The notes: generated by a model from the sequence alone, not told the origin. Counted from the stretch's first letter, positions 50,144 through 60,605 are shown. The stretch: DNA of 64,000 nucleotides from Phaeosaccion multiseriatum (GCA_965112735.1 OZ218951.1:372001-436000), one strand, 5' to 3'. Numbers and translations are program-made.

Positions 50144-50911
50144 ATGACTCCTCTGCCAACACTTACCGCATGCTGCAAGGCCACATGGGGCCTGACAGAT
50201 AATCAAGTCGCGGAAGTATTTGACGCGGCAAGCAGCGGAGGCAAGCACGATGTTGCAAGCCTTCTCTTCCTGGACAAGGCCATTCCTGGCAGTCTGGAGA
50301 AGGTCCAGAAGCTGGCGACGGCTATTCCACTTGGCCTTGCCAAGTGCAACGAAGAGACCCTCAGCGAAGAGCTGAAGGACGAAATTGACAAAATCTTGGC
50401 AACCTCTGACTTTCTCGGAGAAGCAGGGATAGTCGTGACGGTGAAGCAAGCCCGCGATAAGATGGCGTTCAAGGGCAAGACAAAGACGCCCGGTGCACCG
50501 GCCGAGAGGGCCCTCAGGCTCCTTTCCGGCAACGGTGCCCACAGTCTGGCTGGCGTTCGTGTTGGAGCTAAGAAGGGGCTGGCAGCTTACGCAAAGGAAC
50601 GCCAGGCCCAAGTGGAGACTACACAGACCGCTATCGCTACCGCGGCTTCCAAGGATGTCGCAACAGCTCTTGCCGCTGCTGAGGAGGCTAAGCGCCACAA
50701 TCAAATCTTGGAGGCCGAGAGGCTGAGGCTTCTTGCTCTGGGCAATGAGCTCGAACAGACATTGGAGCAGAAGCTGTCTGCCAAGGATCAGGAGATCTTG
50801 GACAAGGATCAGTACATCGAGAAGCTGCAGACGCAGATTGCTCTGTTGCAACAGGCACAGCCAATCGCCAATAGGCACCACCGTGTACGCACCGACGATG
50901 TCCTCGTTTAG
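50144..50911 (+). CDS. Coiled-coil multigene family member 1
   Basis: Near-identical to 51301 and 52382 ORFs; heptad-like C-terminus. Confidence 0.85.
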   Translation: MTPLPTLTACCKATWGLTDNQVAEVFDAASSGGKHDVASLLFLDKAIPGSLEKVQKLATAIPLGLAKCNEETLSEELKDEIDKILATSDFLGEAGIVVTVKQARDKMAFKGKTKTPGAPAERALRLLSGNGAHSLAGVRVGAKKGLAAYAKERQAQVETTQTAIATAASKDVATALAAAEEAKRHNQILEAERLRLLALGNELEQTLEQKLSAKDQEILDKDQYIEKLQTQIALLQQAQPIANRHHRVRTDDVLV

Positions 50912-50990
50912 TCAGAAGGAGAAGGAGATGGAAATGTGTAGCGACTGATAAGTGACCGCGTAGTGTGATTTTTTTTTCTTCATCTGTTTG

Positions 50991-51220
50991 CACGCACTGG
51001 ACTAGCTGCTCATGAAGCTCGATACTGGGGGCGGGCCTCTGATTTCACAGGCGAAGGCATAGTTTGGCAAATTGGCTTCGAAGCTGTATGCTGTCGCGAA
51101 TCACTCGAGCCACTCCACCAGCTTATCCCAGGAGCGTAGGGATCCCACACTACTTGTCAGGGTGCGAGGTCACACTCTGAACTACAGTAGCTGCGCGCGA
51201 AGCCTGATACTACTGCGGGT
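50991..51220 (-). repeat. Solitary ~1.3 unit of the 177-bp satellite, inverted
   Basis: CACTGGACTAGCTGCTC...GTCGCGAATCACTCGAGCCACTCC...GGGATCCCACAC is the reverse complement of the main unit. Confidence 0.92.
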
Positions 51221-51300
51221 AGGAGGGGAAAAAAATGAAGGGGTTTTGAGTGCAAGTATGGAGACATAATTACGATTGATAAATAGAAAGGCATCAGACA

Positions 51301-52128
51301 ATGTCTCCTCTGCGAACACTCACAGCATGCTGCAAGGCCACATGGGGCTGGACAGATACTCAAGTCGCTGAACTATTCGACGCGGCGACCAGTGGAGGCA
51401 AGCACGATGTTGCAAGCCTTCTCTTCCTGGACAAGGCCATTCCTGGCAGTGCGGGGCCGGTCCAACAGCTTGCGACGGCCATTCCACTTGGCCTGGCCAA
51501 GTGCAACGATGAGACCCTCAGCGAAGAGCTGAAACAGGAAGTCGACAAGATCTTGGCAACCTCTGACTTTCTCGGAGAAGCAGGGATCGCTGTGACGGTG
51601 AAGCAAGCCCGCGACAAGATGGCTTTTAAGGGCAAGACAAAGACGCCCGGTGCACCGGCCGAGAGGGCTCTCAGGCTCCTTTCCGGCAACGGCGCCCACA
51701 GCCTGGTTGGTGTTCGTGTTGGAGGAAAGAAGGGACTCGCAGCGTACGCAAAGGAACGCCAGGCCCAAGTGGAGATTGCGGAGACCACTATCGCTACCGC
51801 GGCTACCAAGGATGTCGCAACAGCTCTTGCCGCTGCTGAAGAGGCTAAGCGCCACAGTCAAATCCTGGACGCTGAGAGGCTGAGGCTTCTTGCTCTGGGC
51901 AATGAGCTCAAACAGTCATCGGAGCAGAAGCTGTCTGCCAAGGACCAGGAGATCTTGGACAGAGATCAGCGCATCAGAGAGTTGGAGGCTGCCTTGCAGC
52001 AGCAGCGGCAGGTACCCCAGGCAGGCACACTGGAGCAGGTAAACATGAAGTTTAACCTGTCTCAGGGAGTGGTGGATGCGGGTGAGTTCGATAACCAGAG
52101 CGAATGCGAGTTTTCCGACTCTGACTAG
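51301..52128 (+). CDS. Coiled-coil multigene family member 2
   Basis: Paralog sharing 5' flank with copies 1 and 3 and 3' flank with copy 3. Confidence 0.85.
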   Translation: MSPLRTLTACCKATWGWTDTQVAELFDAATSGGKHDVASLLFLDKAIPGSAGPVQQLATAIPLGLAKCNDETLSEELKQEVDKILATSDFLGEAGIAVTVKQARDKMAFKGKTKTPGAPAERALRLLSGNGAHSLVGVRVGGKKGLAAYAKERQAQVEIAETTIATAATKDVATALAAAEEAKRHSQILDAERLRLLALGNELKQSSEQKLSAKDQEILDRDQRIRELEAALQQQRQVPQAGTLEQVNMKFNLSQGVVDAGEFDNQSECEFSDSD

Positions 52129-52223
52129 ATTCCTCTCTGGTTTCGTGGACGTGATCGTTGACACGTGATGATTGTACACTATTTTTTTTGGTCCCCTCTG
52201 AGAAACATCAGAAGCAAGTATGA

Positions 52224-52300
52224 TAGGGATCCCACACGTCGCTACAGGGTACTAGACACACTGGACTAGCTGCCCATCAAGCTCGATACTGGATGCGGGC
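52224..52300 (-). repeat. Partial unit of the 177-bp satellite, inverted
   Basis: TAGGGATCCCACAC...CTAGACACACTGGACTAGCTGC...GCTCGATACTGG. Confidence 0.9.
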
Positions 52301-52381
52301 AGGAGAGAAAAAAAATGAAGGGGTTTTGAGTGCAAGTATGGAGACATAATTACGATTGACAAAAGAGAAAGGCATCAGACA

Positions 52382-53206
52382 ATGACTCCTCTGCCAACAC
52401 TCACCGCATGCTGCAAGGCCACATGGAAGTGGACAGAGACGCAGGTCGCGGAGCTATTGGACGCGGCGACCAGCGGAGGCAAGCACGATGTTGCAAGCCT
52501 TCTCTGGCTGGACAACAAGGCCATTCCTGGCAATGTAGAGCACGTCCAAAAGCTTGCGACGGCCATTGCACTTGGCCTGGCCAAGTGCAACGATGAGACC
52601 CTCAGCGACGAGATGAAGGACGAAATTGACAAAATCTTGGCAACCTCTGACTTTCTCGGAGAAGCAGGGATAGTCGTGACGGTGAAGCAAGCGCGCGATA
52701 AGATGGCGTTCAAGGGCAAGACAAAGACGCCCGGTGCACCGGCCGAGAGGGCCCTCAGGCTCCTTTCCGGCAACGGTGCCCACAGTCTGGCTGGCGTTCG
52801 TGTTGGAGCTAAGAAGGGGCTGGCAGCTTACGCAAAGGAACGCCAGGCCCAAGTGGAGACCACTATCGCTACCGCGGCTGCCAAGGATGTCGCAACAGCT
52901 CTTGCCGCTGCTGAAGTTGCTAAGCGCGAGAGTAAAGTCCTGGACGCTGAGAGGCTGAGGCTTCTTGAGGCGGGCAGAAGCCTCGAACAAGAAGCGAAGC
53001 AGCAGCTGTCTGCCAAGGATCAGGAGATCTTGGACAGAGATGAGCGCATTCGAGAGTTGGAGGCTGTCTTACAGCAGCAGCAGCGGCAGGTACCCCAGGC
53101 AGGCACACTTGAGCAGGTGAACAGGAAGTTTAACTTGTCTCAGGGAGTGGTGGATGCGGGTGAGTTCGACAACCAGAGCGAATGCGAGTTTTCCGACTCT
53201 GACTAG
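52382..53206 (+). CDS. Coiled-coil multigene family member 3
   Basis: Paralog; C-terminus and 3' flank nearly identical to member 2. Confidence 0.85.
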   Translation: MTPLPTLTACCKATWKWTETQVAELLDAATSGGKHDVASLLWLDNKAIPGNVEHVQKLATAIALGLAKCNDETLSDEMKDEIDKILATSDFLGEAGIVVTVKQARDKMAFKGKTKTPGAPAERALRLLSGNGAHSLAGVRVGAKKGLAAYAKERQAQVETTIATAAAKDVATALAAAEVAKRESKVLDAERLRLLEAGRSLEQEAKQQLSAKDQEILDRDERIRELEAVLQQQQRQVPQAGTLEQVNRKFNLSQGVVDAGEFDNQSECEFSDSD

Positions 53207-53322
53207 ATTCCTCTCTGGTTTCGTGGACGTGATCGTTGACACGTGATGATTGTACACTATTTTTTTTTGTCCCCTCTGAGAAACATCAGAAGCAAGTATG
53301 AACCACGAGAGGATGAATGCGG

Positions 53323-54417
53323 TCAGGCAATGCTGTTCCAGGCGTGCCAATTGTACCGCTTTTGCATCGCCACTCCGTGGCCCATTTGGTCCGCAACTTT
53401 CTTTTGCTCCAGTCCGGACAATCGCTCGAGTTTCAAATCTCGTCGACTGATGTAGATATGGCGCAGTGTAGTCAGACTGATGTCTTCTCTGTCCAACGTG
53501 CTCTTGAGTACGCGGTTGGCCCATTGTACGAAGGAGTTTGTGGTCTGGTACGGCTTCCCATTCTTCCCCACGAATAGGTAGTTTCGAGGGTGTATTTCCA
53601 AAGAGTTTCGGATTTCTTGCTGCAGGGCCGGTGGGAGTGGTATCTCGATGGTTTTATACTTCTGCCGTGTCTTGAATTGCGTCAGGATAACCCTGTTGGA
53701 CTCCAGAAGCAACACATTCCCTACATCTTCGTTTTCGCTGTACTCCTTGTCTTTGTGGAGAATCATCAGGTGGTGATAATCTGCGCGCGCAGGTGGGATC
53801 TCCGTGTACATGAACAGAAGAAGTCGCGCTTGGTGCGTCTTCGCAGAGGGCTCGAGAGCATCGCGAATACGAATAATCTCCTCGAAGGGAATGTAGGCCT
53901 TCTTTTGCTTCTCATCTGGCTCGTTTGACAAATACTTGCTTTCGATGGGGATGCGTGATTCTGCATGCACCTTATTCCACTGGACGTAGATGTCGTGGAA
54001 GCGGTTCTTTAGCGCGGAGTTGTGTAAGAAGATGGCTTTCATGGCCATGAGATAGCCTTCCCTCGTGTACATACTCTTCTTTTTCGAGGATATGTAACTA
54101 TCTAGCTTTGCGCTGGAGGTCGTCGGATCACTGAGAATTGCGCTAAGCGAGCAGGTTTGAAGCACACTCTTTGAGCCCTTCAGAGGAACGAGACATATCT
54201 CACTCGTCCATGTACTTATCCTACTAATGTAGAGTTTCTTTGACGCGTTGGACAAGGACTTCGATTTGAGCAGAATGTCCAGATAGTACCTGTCTGGGTA
54301 ACAGAGCCCTTTCTTGGTTGCCGCGGCGTGCTTTTTGCTGCCTGTTGTATTCGTGGTAGCTTTCGCCTCCCCTGCTGCCGGTTTTCTCGGCCGGGACTTC
54401 GCCGAAACCTTCACCAT
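53323..54417 (-). CDS. Tyrosine recombinase/integrase-family protein
   Basis: Ordered catalytic pattern PPAR(ADY), FKT, LRHIY, MGH, MQKRY with C-terminal Tyr. Confidence 0.8.
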   Translation of the reverse strand: MVKVSAKSRPRKPAAGEAKATTNTTGSKKHAAATKKGLCYPDRYYLDILLKSKSLSNASKKLYISRISTWTSEICLVPLKGSKSVLQTCSLSAILSDPTTSSAKLDSYISSKKKSMYTREGYLMAMKAIFLHNSALKNRFHDIYVQWNKVHAESRIPIESKYLSNEPDEKQKKAYIPFEEIIRIRDALEPSAKTHQARLLLFMYTEIPPARADYHHLMILHKDKEYSENEDVGNVLLLESNRVILTQFKTRQKYKTIEIPLPPALQQEIRNSLEIHPRNYLFVGKNGKPYQTTNSFVQWANRVLKSTLDREDISLTTLRHIYISRRDLKLERLSGLEQKKVADQMGHGVAMQKRYNWHAWNSIA

Positions 54418-54639
54418 TATTAACTTTGCCACTTGTTTTGAAGATTAGCTCCTCTGCTTACAGATAGCAGACATCTAAAAAATAGAGAGGCATCACCTCC
54501 CTCTTTCCAGGCCTCGGCGGTCAGACAAATCCTGTTGAAACGTAATAGGTGCAGCGGGCCATTCGTTTTTCGTTTGTAATTCGTGGAAAAGCGTGAGCAC
54601 TTTGAGAATATAAATCGTCTCGAATTGTAAAGCTGTGTC

Positions 54640-57600
54640 ATGACAAATCAACTACGTATTGTTAAGCAAGATGCGGACGCCGCGTCGATTCTTGTCGGCG
54701 CTGCAGCGGATGACATTATCATTTCCTCCTCCGATTCTGCGTCGAAAATACAGTTCGGTGTAGGCACCGATGCCGGTACTGGTGACAGCGCTCCCGAGTC
54801 GAAAATGAGTATCCAGGCGAGCGGAGTCTCGATTGGAACGACGGACATTGAGGACGGGTTTGCATTGCAAGTCTCCTCTGCTTCCGTGGACGCAGTCCTC
54901 CAGTCGGATACTTGCATTGTGAAGGACACGTTGCAGGTGGCGGACACGTCGCTTGTAGTGGAGTCGACGACGAAGAATGTTGGCGTGGGAACTCTTGCAC
55001 CTTCTCAACCTCTCCACGTACTTGGCAAGACCCTGTTGGAGGGCAGTGTTGTCGTCGGGGAGGATACAAGCATCGTTGACCCACAGCTTTCAATGTATGT
55101 CAACGCAACCGACGGCATTCGTATTCCCGTCGGCACCACGGCAGAACGGCCTTCACATACTTCCGAGGAAGAGGGGCTGCTCCGCTACAATACAGATCTC
55201 AAGGGTTTCGAGGGATACGCGAATGAGGAATGGGGCCTCTTAAGCGCCACCACGCGCATATACGACGACGACGAGAATACTTCCGTCGAAATTGGGACTG
55301 GAGGAGGTGCACAAGACACCATTCGTATGGTCGCCTCAAACCAAGAACAGCTCAGCATCTCGTCCTCCAATATTCGCATCGCTGCGGACACCACCCAGTG
55401 GACCGGAGATGCCGCGATGTATGTTGGCGGATCGATCGCGGCACAAAGCAATACTACGCTCTCCTTCTTTATGGACAAGACCGACGGCATACGTATTCCT
55501 GCAGGAACCAGTGCACAGCGACCCTCCACGTCTTTACACGACGGTATTCTTCGATATAATAGCACCCTTCAGCAGTACGAAGGATACAGTGCTAGTGCGT
55601 GGAATACGCTGGGTGGGGTGATGGACGTAGACCAGGACACATACATTCGTGCAGAAACGGCTCCTGGCCAAGACGAAGACGAACTTGTCATGATCGCCAA
55701 TGGTACTGAGGTTCTCAAAGTTGGTGAAACCGTGGTAGCAGTCGATGCGGATTTAGAATGCGCGGAACAAGCAACTTTCGAAGGTGCTGTGCAAGTGAAT
55801 AACACACTCCTCGCGGACAATACGTACATTGGGGACGCCGCCACTCGGGAGGACGCTTCGTACGACCTTCATGTGGCCGGGAATGTCGGCTTCGACGGCG
55901 CTTTGGATGTCTCCGGTTCTGTGCAGCTACCAGAGTCCGAGCGCATTCTGTTGGGTGGTGCCTACGCGGACGGCACTGTCCTCGACACCACTACCGGGAG
56001 TACCACGCCGTATCTCTCGATATCACGGGGAACTACAAACGCCTTCGTCGATTGGAACATTGGAGATGTGCAGTTCAGATACGATACAATTACTGCTGGA
56101 ACGCTGTCCTCCAGTGGATTCTCGACCGACCATACCCTAACTGCAAGTGTCTTCGACGGGGGTGCAATGAATCTAACAGGTGATCTGGTGGGAGCAGGAG
56201 GGTTACAGGCTAGTAGCATGAGTGTCTCCAACGCAGTCGTGCATGAAACTATGCAGGTTGGTGGCCAGCTTTCGGCGGCCTCTGTCCTACTCAGTGGTTC
56301 CCTGGATGCAGCCAACATGAGCCTCTCGAATATGGTGGTCCAGGAGACGCTACAGGTGGGCGGAAATATCACTGCATCTTCTGATCTCGATGTGACAGGC
56401 GCCTTGGACGTGGGTACCAGCATAGAGGCCCAGTCTTTGCTCCTGAGCGGCGCCTTGGACGCAGCCAGCATGAGCATTTCGAACGTGGTGGTCCAGGAGA
56501 CGTTGCAAGTGGTAGGAAACATCACCGCGTCCTCCGATCTCGACGTGACAGGCGCCTTGGACGTGGGTACCAGCATAGAGGCCCAGTCTTTGGTTCTGAG
56601 CGGCGCCTTGGACGCGGCCAGCATGAGCATCTCGAATGTAGTGGTCCAGGAGACGTTGCAAGTAGCAGGAAACATCACCGCGTCTTCTGATCTCGATGTG
56701 ACAGGCGCCTTGGACGTGGGTACCAGCATAGAGGCCCAGTCTCTCCTTCTGAGTGGCGCCTTGGACGCGGCCAGCATGAGCATCTCGAATGTAGTGGTCC
56801 AGGAGACGTTGCAAGTGGGAGGAAACCTCACCGCGTCCTCTGACCTCGACGTGACAGGCGCCTTGGAGGTGGGTACTAGCATAGAGGCCCAGTCTTTGCT
56901 CCTGAGCGGCGCCTTGGACGCAGCCAGCATGAGCATTTCGAACGTGGTGGTCCAGGAGACGTTGCAAGTGGTGGGAAACGTCACAGCGTCCTCCGATCTC
57001 GATGTGACAGGAGCCTTGGAGGTGGGTGGTGGTATAGAGGCCCAGTCTCTGCTTCTCAGTGGCGCCTTGGACGCAGCCAGCATGAGCATTTCGAACGTGG
57101 TGGTCCAGGAGACGCTACAGGTGGGAGGCGCCATCACCGCGTCCTCCGATCTCGATGTGACAGGCGCCTTGGAGGTGGGTGGTGGTATAGAGGCCCAGTC
57201 TCTGCTTCTCAGTGGCGCCTTGGACGCAGCCAGCATGAGCATTTCGAACGTGGTGGTCCAGGAGACGCTACAGGTGGGAGGAAACCTCACCGCGTCCTCT
57301 GACCTCGACGTAACAGGCGCCTTGGAGGTGGGTACTAGCATAGAAGCCCAGTCTTTGCTCCTGAGCGGCGCCTTGGACGCAGCCAGCATGAGCATTTCGA
57401 ACGTGGTGGTCCAGGAGACATTGCAGGTGGGAGGCGCCATCACCGCGTCCTCCGATCTCGATGTGACAGGAGCCTTGGAGGTGGGTGGTGGTATAGAGGC
57501 CCAGTCTTTGCTCCTGAGCGGCGCCTTGGACGCAGCCAGCATGAGCATTTCGAACGTGGTGGTCCAGGAGACGTTGCAAGTGGTGGGAAACGTCACAGCG

Positions 57601-60537
57601 TCCTCTGATCTCGATGTGACAGGAGCCTTGGAGGTGGGTGGTGGTATAGAGGCCCAGTCTTTGCTCCTGAGCGGCGCCTTGGACGCAGCCAGCATGAGCC
57701 TTTCGAACGTGGTGGTCAAGGAAACGTTGCAAGTGGTAGGAAACGTCACCGCGTCCTCTGATCTCGATGTTACAGGCGCCTTGGAGGTGGGTGGTGGTAT
57801 AGAGGCCCAGTCTTTGCTCCTGAGCGGCGCCTTGGACGCAGCCAGCATGAGCCTTTCGAACGTGGTGGTCAAGGAAACGTTGCAAGTGGTGGGAAACGTC
57901 ACCGCGTCCTCCGATCTCGATGTGACAGGCGCCCTGGAGGTGGGTAGTGGTATAGAGGCCCAGTCTTTGCTCCTGAGCGGCGCCTTGGACGCAGCCAGCA
58001 TGAGCCTTTCGAATATGGTGGTCCAGGAGACGTTACAGGTGGGTGGAAACATCACCGCTTCCTCTAATATTGATGTAACAGGGGTTGCTACCTTGGCCAG
58101 TACATTGCATGTAGACGAAGCTGCAACATTTAATGATGATGTGACGGTGGTTGGAAAAATTACTGCAGCTAGTCTCGAGCTAGGAGAAGCCCTGACCTTT
58201 GAGAATATGTCATTATCGGGAAAGCTCGCAGTAGGATCGAATGCTGTAAGTGCCACGCATGACTTCCATGTAGAAGGAACATCTTTCATGACGGACAGTG
58301 TGATAGTGGCGGATGATTTCGCAGTGGATGTGACAAATAGCAGAGTTGGAATCGGTACGGTAAGTCCGGCAAGAACACTTGATATTATCGGTAGTAGTTC
58401 CGCAAATGCGTCGGCATCCATAGCCGCCATGGACGGATATCGTCCATTCCTGTCTCTATTTCAGAGAGATGCTGTGGACTTCGAAACGGGCGCAGTATGG
58501 TCGATAACTGAAGACGTTCTCAATCTGAATGCGAAAAATTTGACAACCACGGATAGTCTACAAATGGTGGACTTGGAAAACAATTACGTAGGCTTCAATA
58601 CCAGCAATGCACGAGCATATGGACTATACACAGACAGTACATTCTATGTAAGAGACGCAGCCACTTTCAATAGTAATGTATCGATCACAGGGAATACTAC
58701 AGTGAATGGAGCGCTATATGCATCAATCGTTACCATTCCGAGTGGTTCCTCTCTCTATATAGGAGGGAACTCGGTTGGTGATGAGGTTGATGGCGATACG
58801 ACACCCCAATGTAGACTCCATCAAGCTGGTGACCATACATACTTCGATTGGAGCGGGGGTGATATATACTTTCGGTATGACACTGGTGCTACGATGACAA
58901 CGTATCACACTTTTCACGACGACGGGACGGTTTCTTTCTACAGCGATACCACGTTTGGCAATGACGTGAATGTCGATGGTGAGACCTATTTGAAGGACAA
59001 TGTGTATATACAAGGGCAGACACAGATCCCGAAAAACACGAACATGTACTTTACAGGCGATGTCGGAGACACTGTTCCAAGTACAGACTTTATGAGACTC
59101 TTCAAGGGGAATACAAACTCTACGATTGATTGGGTTGGGGGGAGTTTGCTAATTCGGAATGACGAGGACACTGTTGCGTACTTCGAGAGCACGGGAATGG
59201 TAATTAAGGAAGATCTGGGCGTGGAGGGCTATGTAGGTGTTGGTACTTCGTCGCCAACGCGGTTACTGGACATAGTAGGTCCATCTGGGTCACATTGCAC
59301 CATGGCCATAACGAGTTACGCTGGGTGGGATCCCATATTTAGTATACAGCAAGGAGGAGGAGATGACACGCAAACTGGAGTACAATGGAGACTAGATGGT
59401 GCCACGTTCAAATTGGAACCGATAAACCGTGCCAGCACCAACTCATTGCAGCTAATGGACATTGACAACAACTACGTCGGCTTCAACACGAGTACATACC
59501 GATCCTACGGGCTCTATACAGACAGCACTTTCTATGCAAAAGGAGCAGCTACTTTCGACAGTACGATTACTTCAGGAGATGATATCTCAGCGTCTGAGAA
59601 TGTCATATGCGGCCTTGGCAACACTAGAGGTATATACTTTCGGAATAGTAGTGACTACAGGATAAACGTCAACTACTCAACGAGTAGCGGCGGCGTTTAT
59701 GCTATGCGGTTCTATCTTGAAGATACCCTGCAGGCCACTATTGTATCGAGCGGAACGAATACCACCCTAAATAACTTCACGGGTCAGCACAGATGTACAC
59801 CAGCCAACGAGGACCAGCTGGACTATTCTGAGTACGGAGGACGCATTGTGGTCACGGAAAAGAATAGGTATGTGAGTATGGAGAATGACGGCACGAGTAG
59901 GCATGGACAAGACGCTATTCAATTGAATGACGCGCTGCCTGTCATTAGTCTGAGTTCCAATAAAAAGCAAAAGTCTGTGTTCGGCGTCATCAGTACAATC
60001 GAGAGTGATGACGAAACGCGCAATGATTCGTATGGGAACATCGAGAGCATATTCCCGAAAGTACCAGGGGATTACCGTGTCTATATCAACTCGATTGGAG
60101 AAGGAGCTATGTGGGTATGCGAAGTAGGTGGTGCATTAGAAAGTGGTGACTATATTTGCTCCTCGGACATTCAGGGTTTCGGGATGCTGCAGGACGACGA
60201 TTTGATGCACAACTACACGGTAGCAAAGATTACGATGGATTGCGACTTTAGCCCAGAGTACAAGACAAAGCAGGTAGTACATAAGGATGGGAAGGACAAG
60301 CCTATCCTACATGAGAAAACAGGACGATTGCAATGGGTTGATGACCCTCAAGGAGAAAAAGAGTATGCCTATTTGGTCAAATACTGTGATGAGAAGGGAA
60401 ACTGGGTTTCTGAGAGTACGTACAAGAGAGGTAGTATAATGACGGGAAGCCGGAGTAGGCGAAGAGGACGGTCAAAAACGCCCACCCCCGTGTACTATCG
60501 TTGTGCGTTCGTGGGATGCACATACCATTGCGGGTGA
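54640..60537 (+). CDS. 1965-aa virion fibre/tail-fibre-like protein with 51-aa tandem repeats
   Basis: IRIPxGTxAxRP...GxLRYN...EGY x2, VG[IV]GT..P motifs, C-terminal NFTGQHR...NSIGEGAMWV...NYTVAKIT...FVGCTYHCG as in algal-virus fibre proteins. Confidence 0.8.
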   Translation: MTNQLRIVKQDADAASILVGAAADDIIISSSDSASKIQFGVGTDAGTGDSAPESKMSIQASGVSIGTTDIEDGFALQVSSASVDAVLQSDTCIVKDTLQVADTSLVVESTTKNVGVGTLAPSQPLHVLGKTLLEGSVVVGEDTSIVDPQLSMYVNATDGIRIPVGTTAERPSHTSEEEGLLRYNTDLKGFEGYANEEWGLLSATTRIYDDDENTSVEIGTGGGAQDTIRMVASNQEQLSISSSNIRIAADTTQWTGDAAMYVGGSIAAQSNTTLSFFMDKTDGIRIPAGTSAQRPSTSLHDGILRYNSTLQQYEGYSASAWNTLGGVMDVDQDTYIRAETAPGQDEDELVMIANGTEVLKVGETVVAVDADLECAEQATFEGAVQVNNTLLADNTYIGDAATREDASYDLHVAGNVGFDGALDVSGSVQLPESERILLGGAYADGTVLDTTTGSTTPYLSISRGTTNAFVDWNIGDVQFRYDTITAGTLSSSGFSTDHTLTASVFDGGAMNLTGDLVGAGGLQASSMSVSNAVVHETMQVGGQLSAASVLLSGSLDAANMSLSNMVVQETLQVGGNITASSDLDVTGALDVGTSIEAQSLLLSGALDAASMSISNVVVQETLQVVGNITASSDLDVTGALDVGTSIEAQSLVLSGALDAASMSISNVVVQETLQVAGNITASSDLDVTGALDVGTSIEAQSLLLSGALDAASMSISNVVVQETLQVGGNLTASSDLDVTGALEVGTSIEAQSLLLSGALDAASMSISNVVVQETLQVVGNVTASSDLDVTGALEVGGGIEAQSLLLSGALDAASMSISNVVVQETLQVGGAITASSDLDVTGALEVGGGIEAQSLLLSGALDAASMSISNVVVQETLQVGGNLTASSDLDVTGALEVGTSIEAQSLLLSGALDAASMSISNVVVQETLQVGGAITASSDLDVTGALEVGGGIEAQSLLLSGALDAASMSISNVVVQETLQVVGNVTASSDLDVTGALEVGGGIEAQSLLLSGALDAASMSLSNVVVKETLQVVGNVTASSDLDVTGALEVGGGIEAQSLLLSGALDAASMSLSNVVVKETLQVVGNVTASSDLDVTGALEVGSGIEAQSLLLSGALDAASMSLSNMVVQETLQVGGNITASSNIDVTGVATLASTLHVDEAATFNDDVTVVGKITAASLELGEALTFENMSLSGKLAVGSNAVSATHDFHVEGTSFMTDSVIVADDFAVDVTNSRVGIGTVSPARTLDIIGSSSANASASIAAMDGYRPFLSLFQRDAVDFETGAVWSITEDVLNLNAKNLTTTDSLQMVDLENNYVGFNTSNARAYGLYTDSTFYVRDAATFNSNVSITGNTTVNGALYASIVTIPSGSSLYIGGNSVGDEVDGDTTPQCRLHQAGDHTYFDWSGGDIYFRYDTGATMTTYHTFHDDGTVSFYSDTTFGNDVNVDGETYLKDNVYIQGQTQIPKNTNMYFTGDVGDTVPSTDFMRLFKGNTNSTIDWVGGSLLIRNDEDTVAYFESTGMVIKEDLGVEGYVGVGTSSPTRLLDIVGPSGSHCTMAITSYAGWDPIFSIQQGGGDDTQTGVQWRLDGATFKLEPINRASTNSLQLMDIDNNYVGFNTSTYRSYGLYTDSTFYAKGAATFDSTITSGDDISASENVICGLGNTRGIYFRNSSDYRINVNYSTSSGGVYAMRFYLEDTLQATIVSSGTNTTLNNFTGQHRCTPANEDQLDYSEYGGRIVVTEKNRYVSMENDGTSRHGQDAIQLNDALPVISLSSNKKQKSVFGVISTIESDDETRNDSYGNIESIFPKVPGDYRVYINSIGEGAMWVCEVGGALESGDYICSSDIQGFGMLQDDDLMHNYTVAKITMDCDFSPEYKTKQVVHKDGKDKPILHEKTGRLQWVDDPQGEKEYAYLVKYCDEKGNWVSESTYKRGSIMTGSRSRRRGRSKTPTPVYYRCAFVGCTYHCG
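56308..58080 (+). repeat. 153-bp (51-aa) coding tandem repeat, 11 full units plus a partial
   Basis: GC(A/G)GCCAGCATGAGC anchors at 56461, 56614 ... 57991. Confidence 0.95.
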
Positions 60538-60605
60538 TACTACAGTATATGTTCGAAAAATTATCTCAGCTTACGTAAAGAACTCGAAATCGAAAACCCC
60601 ATAAT

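Noticed and set aside
50051-52990. Antisense ORFs over the triplicated genes
   Set aside because: Shadow frames of the coiled-coil paralogs.
55962-58430. 822-aa antisense ORF
   Set aside because: Shadow of the repetitive fibre gene on the opposite strand.
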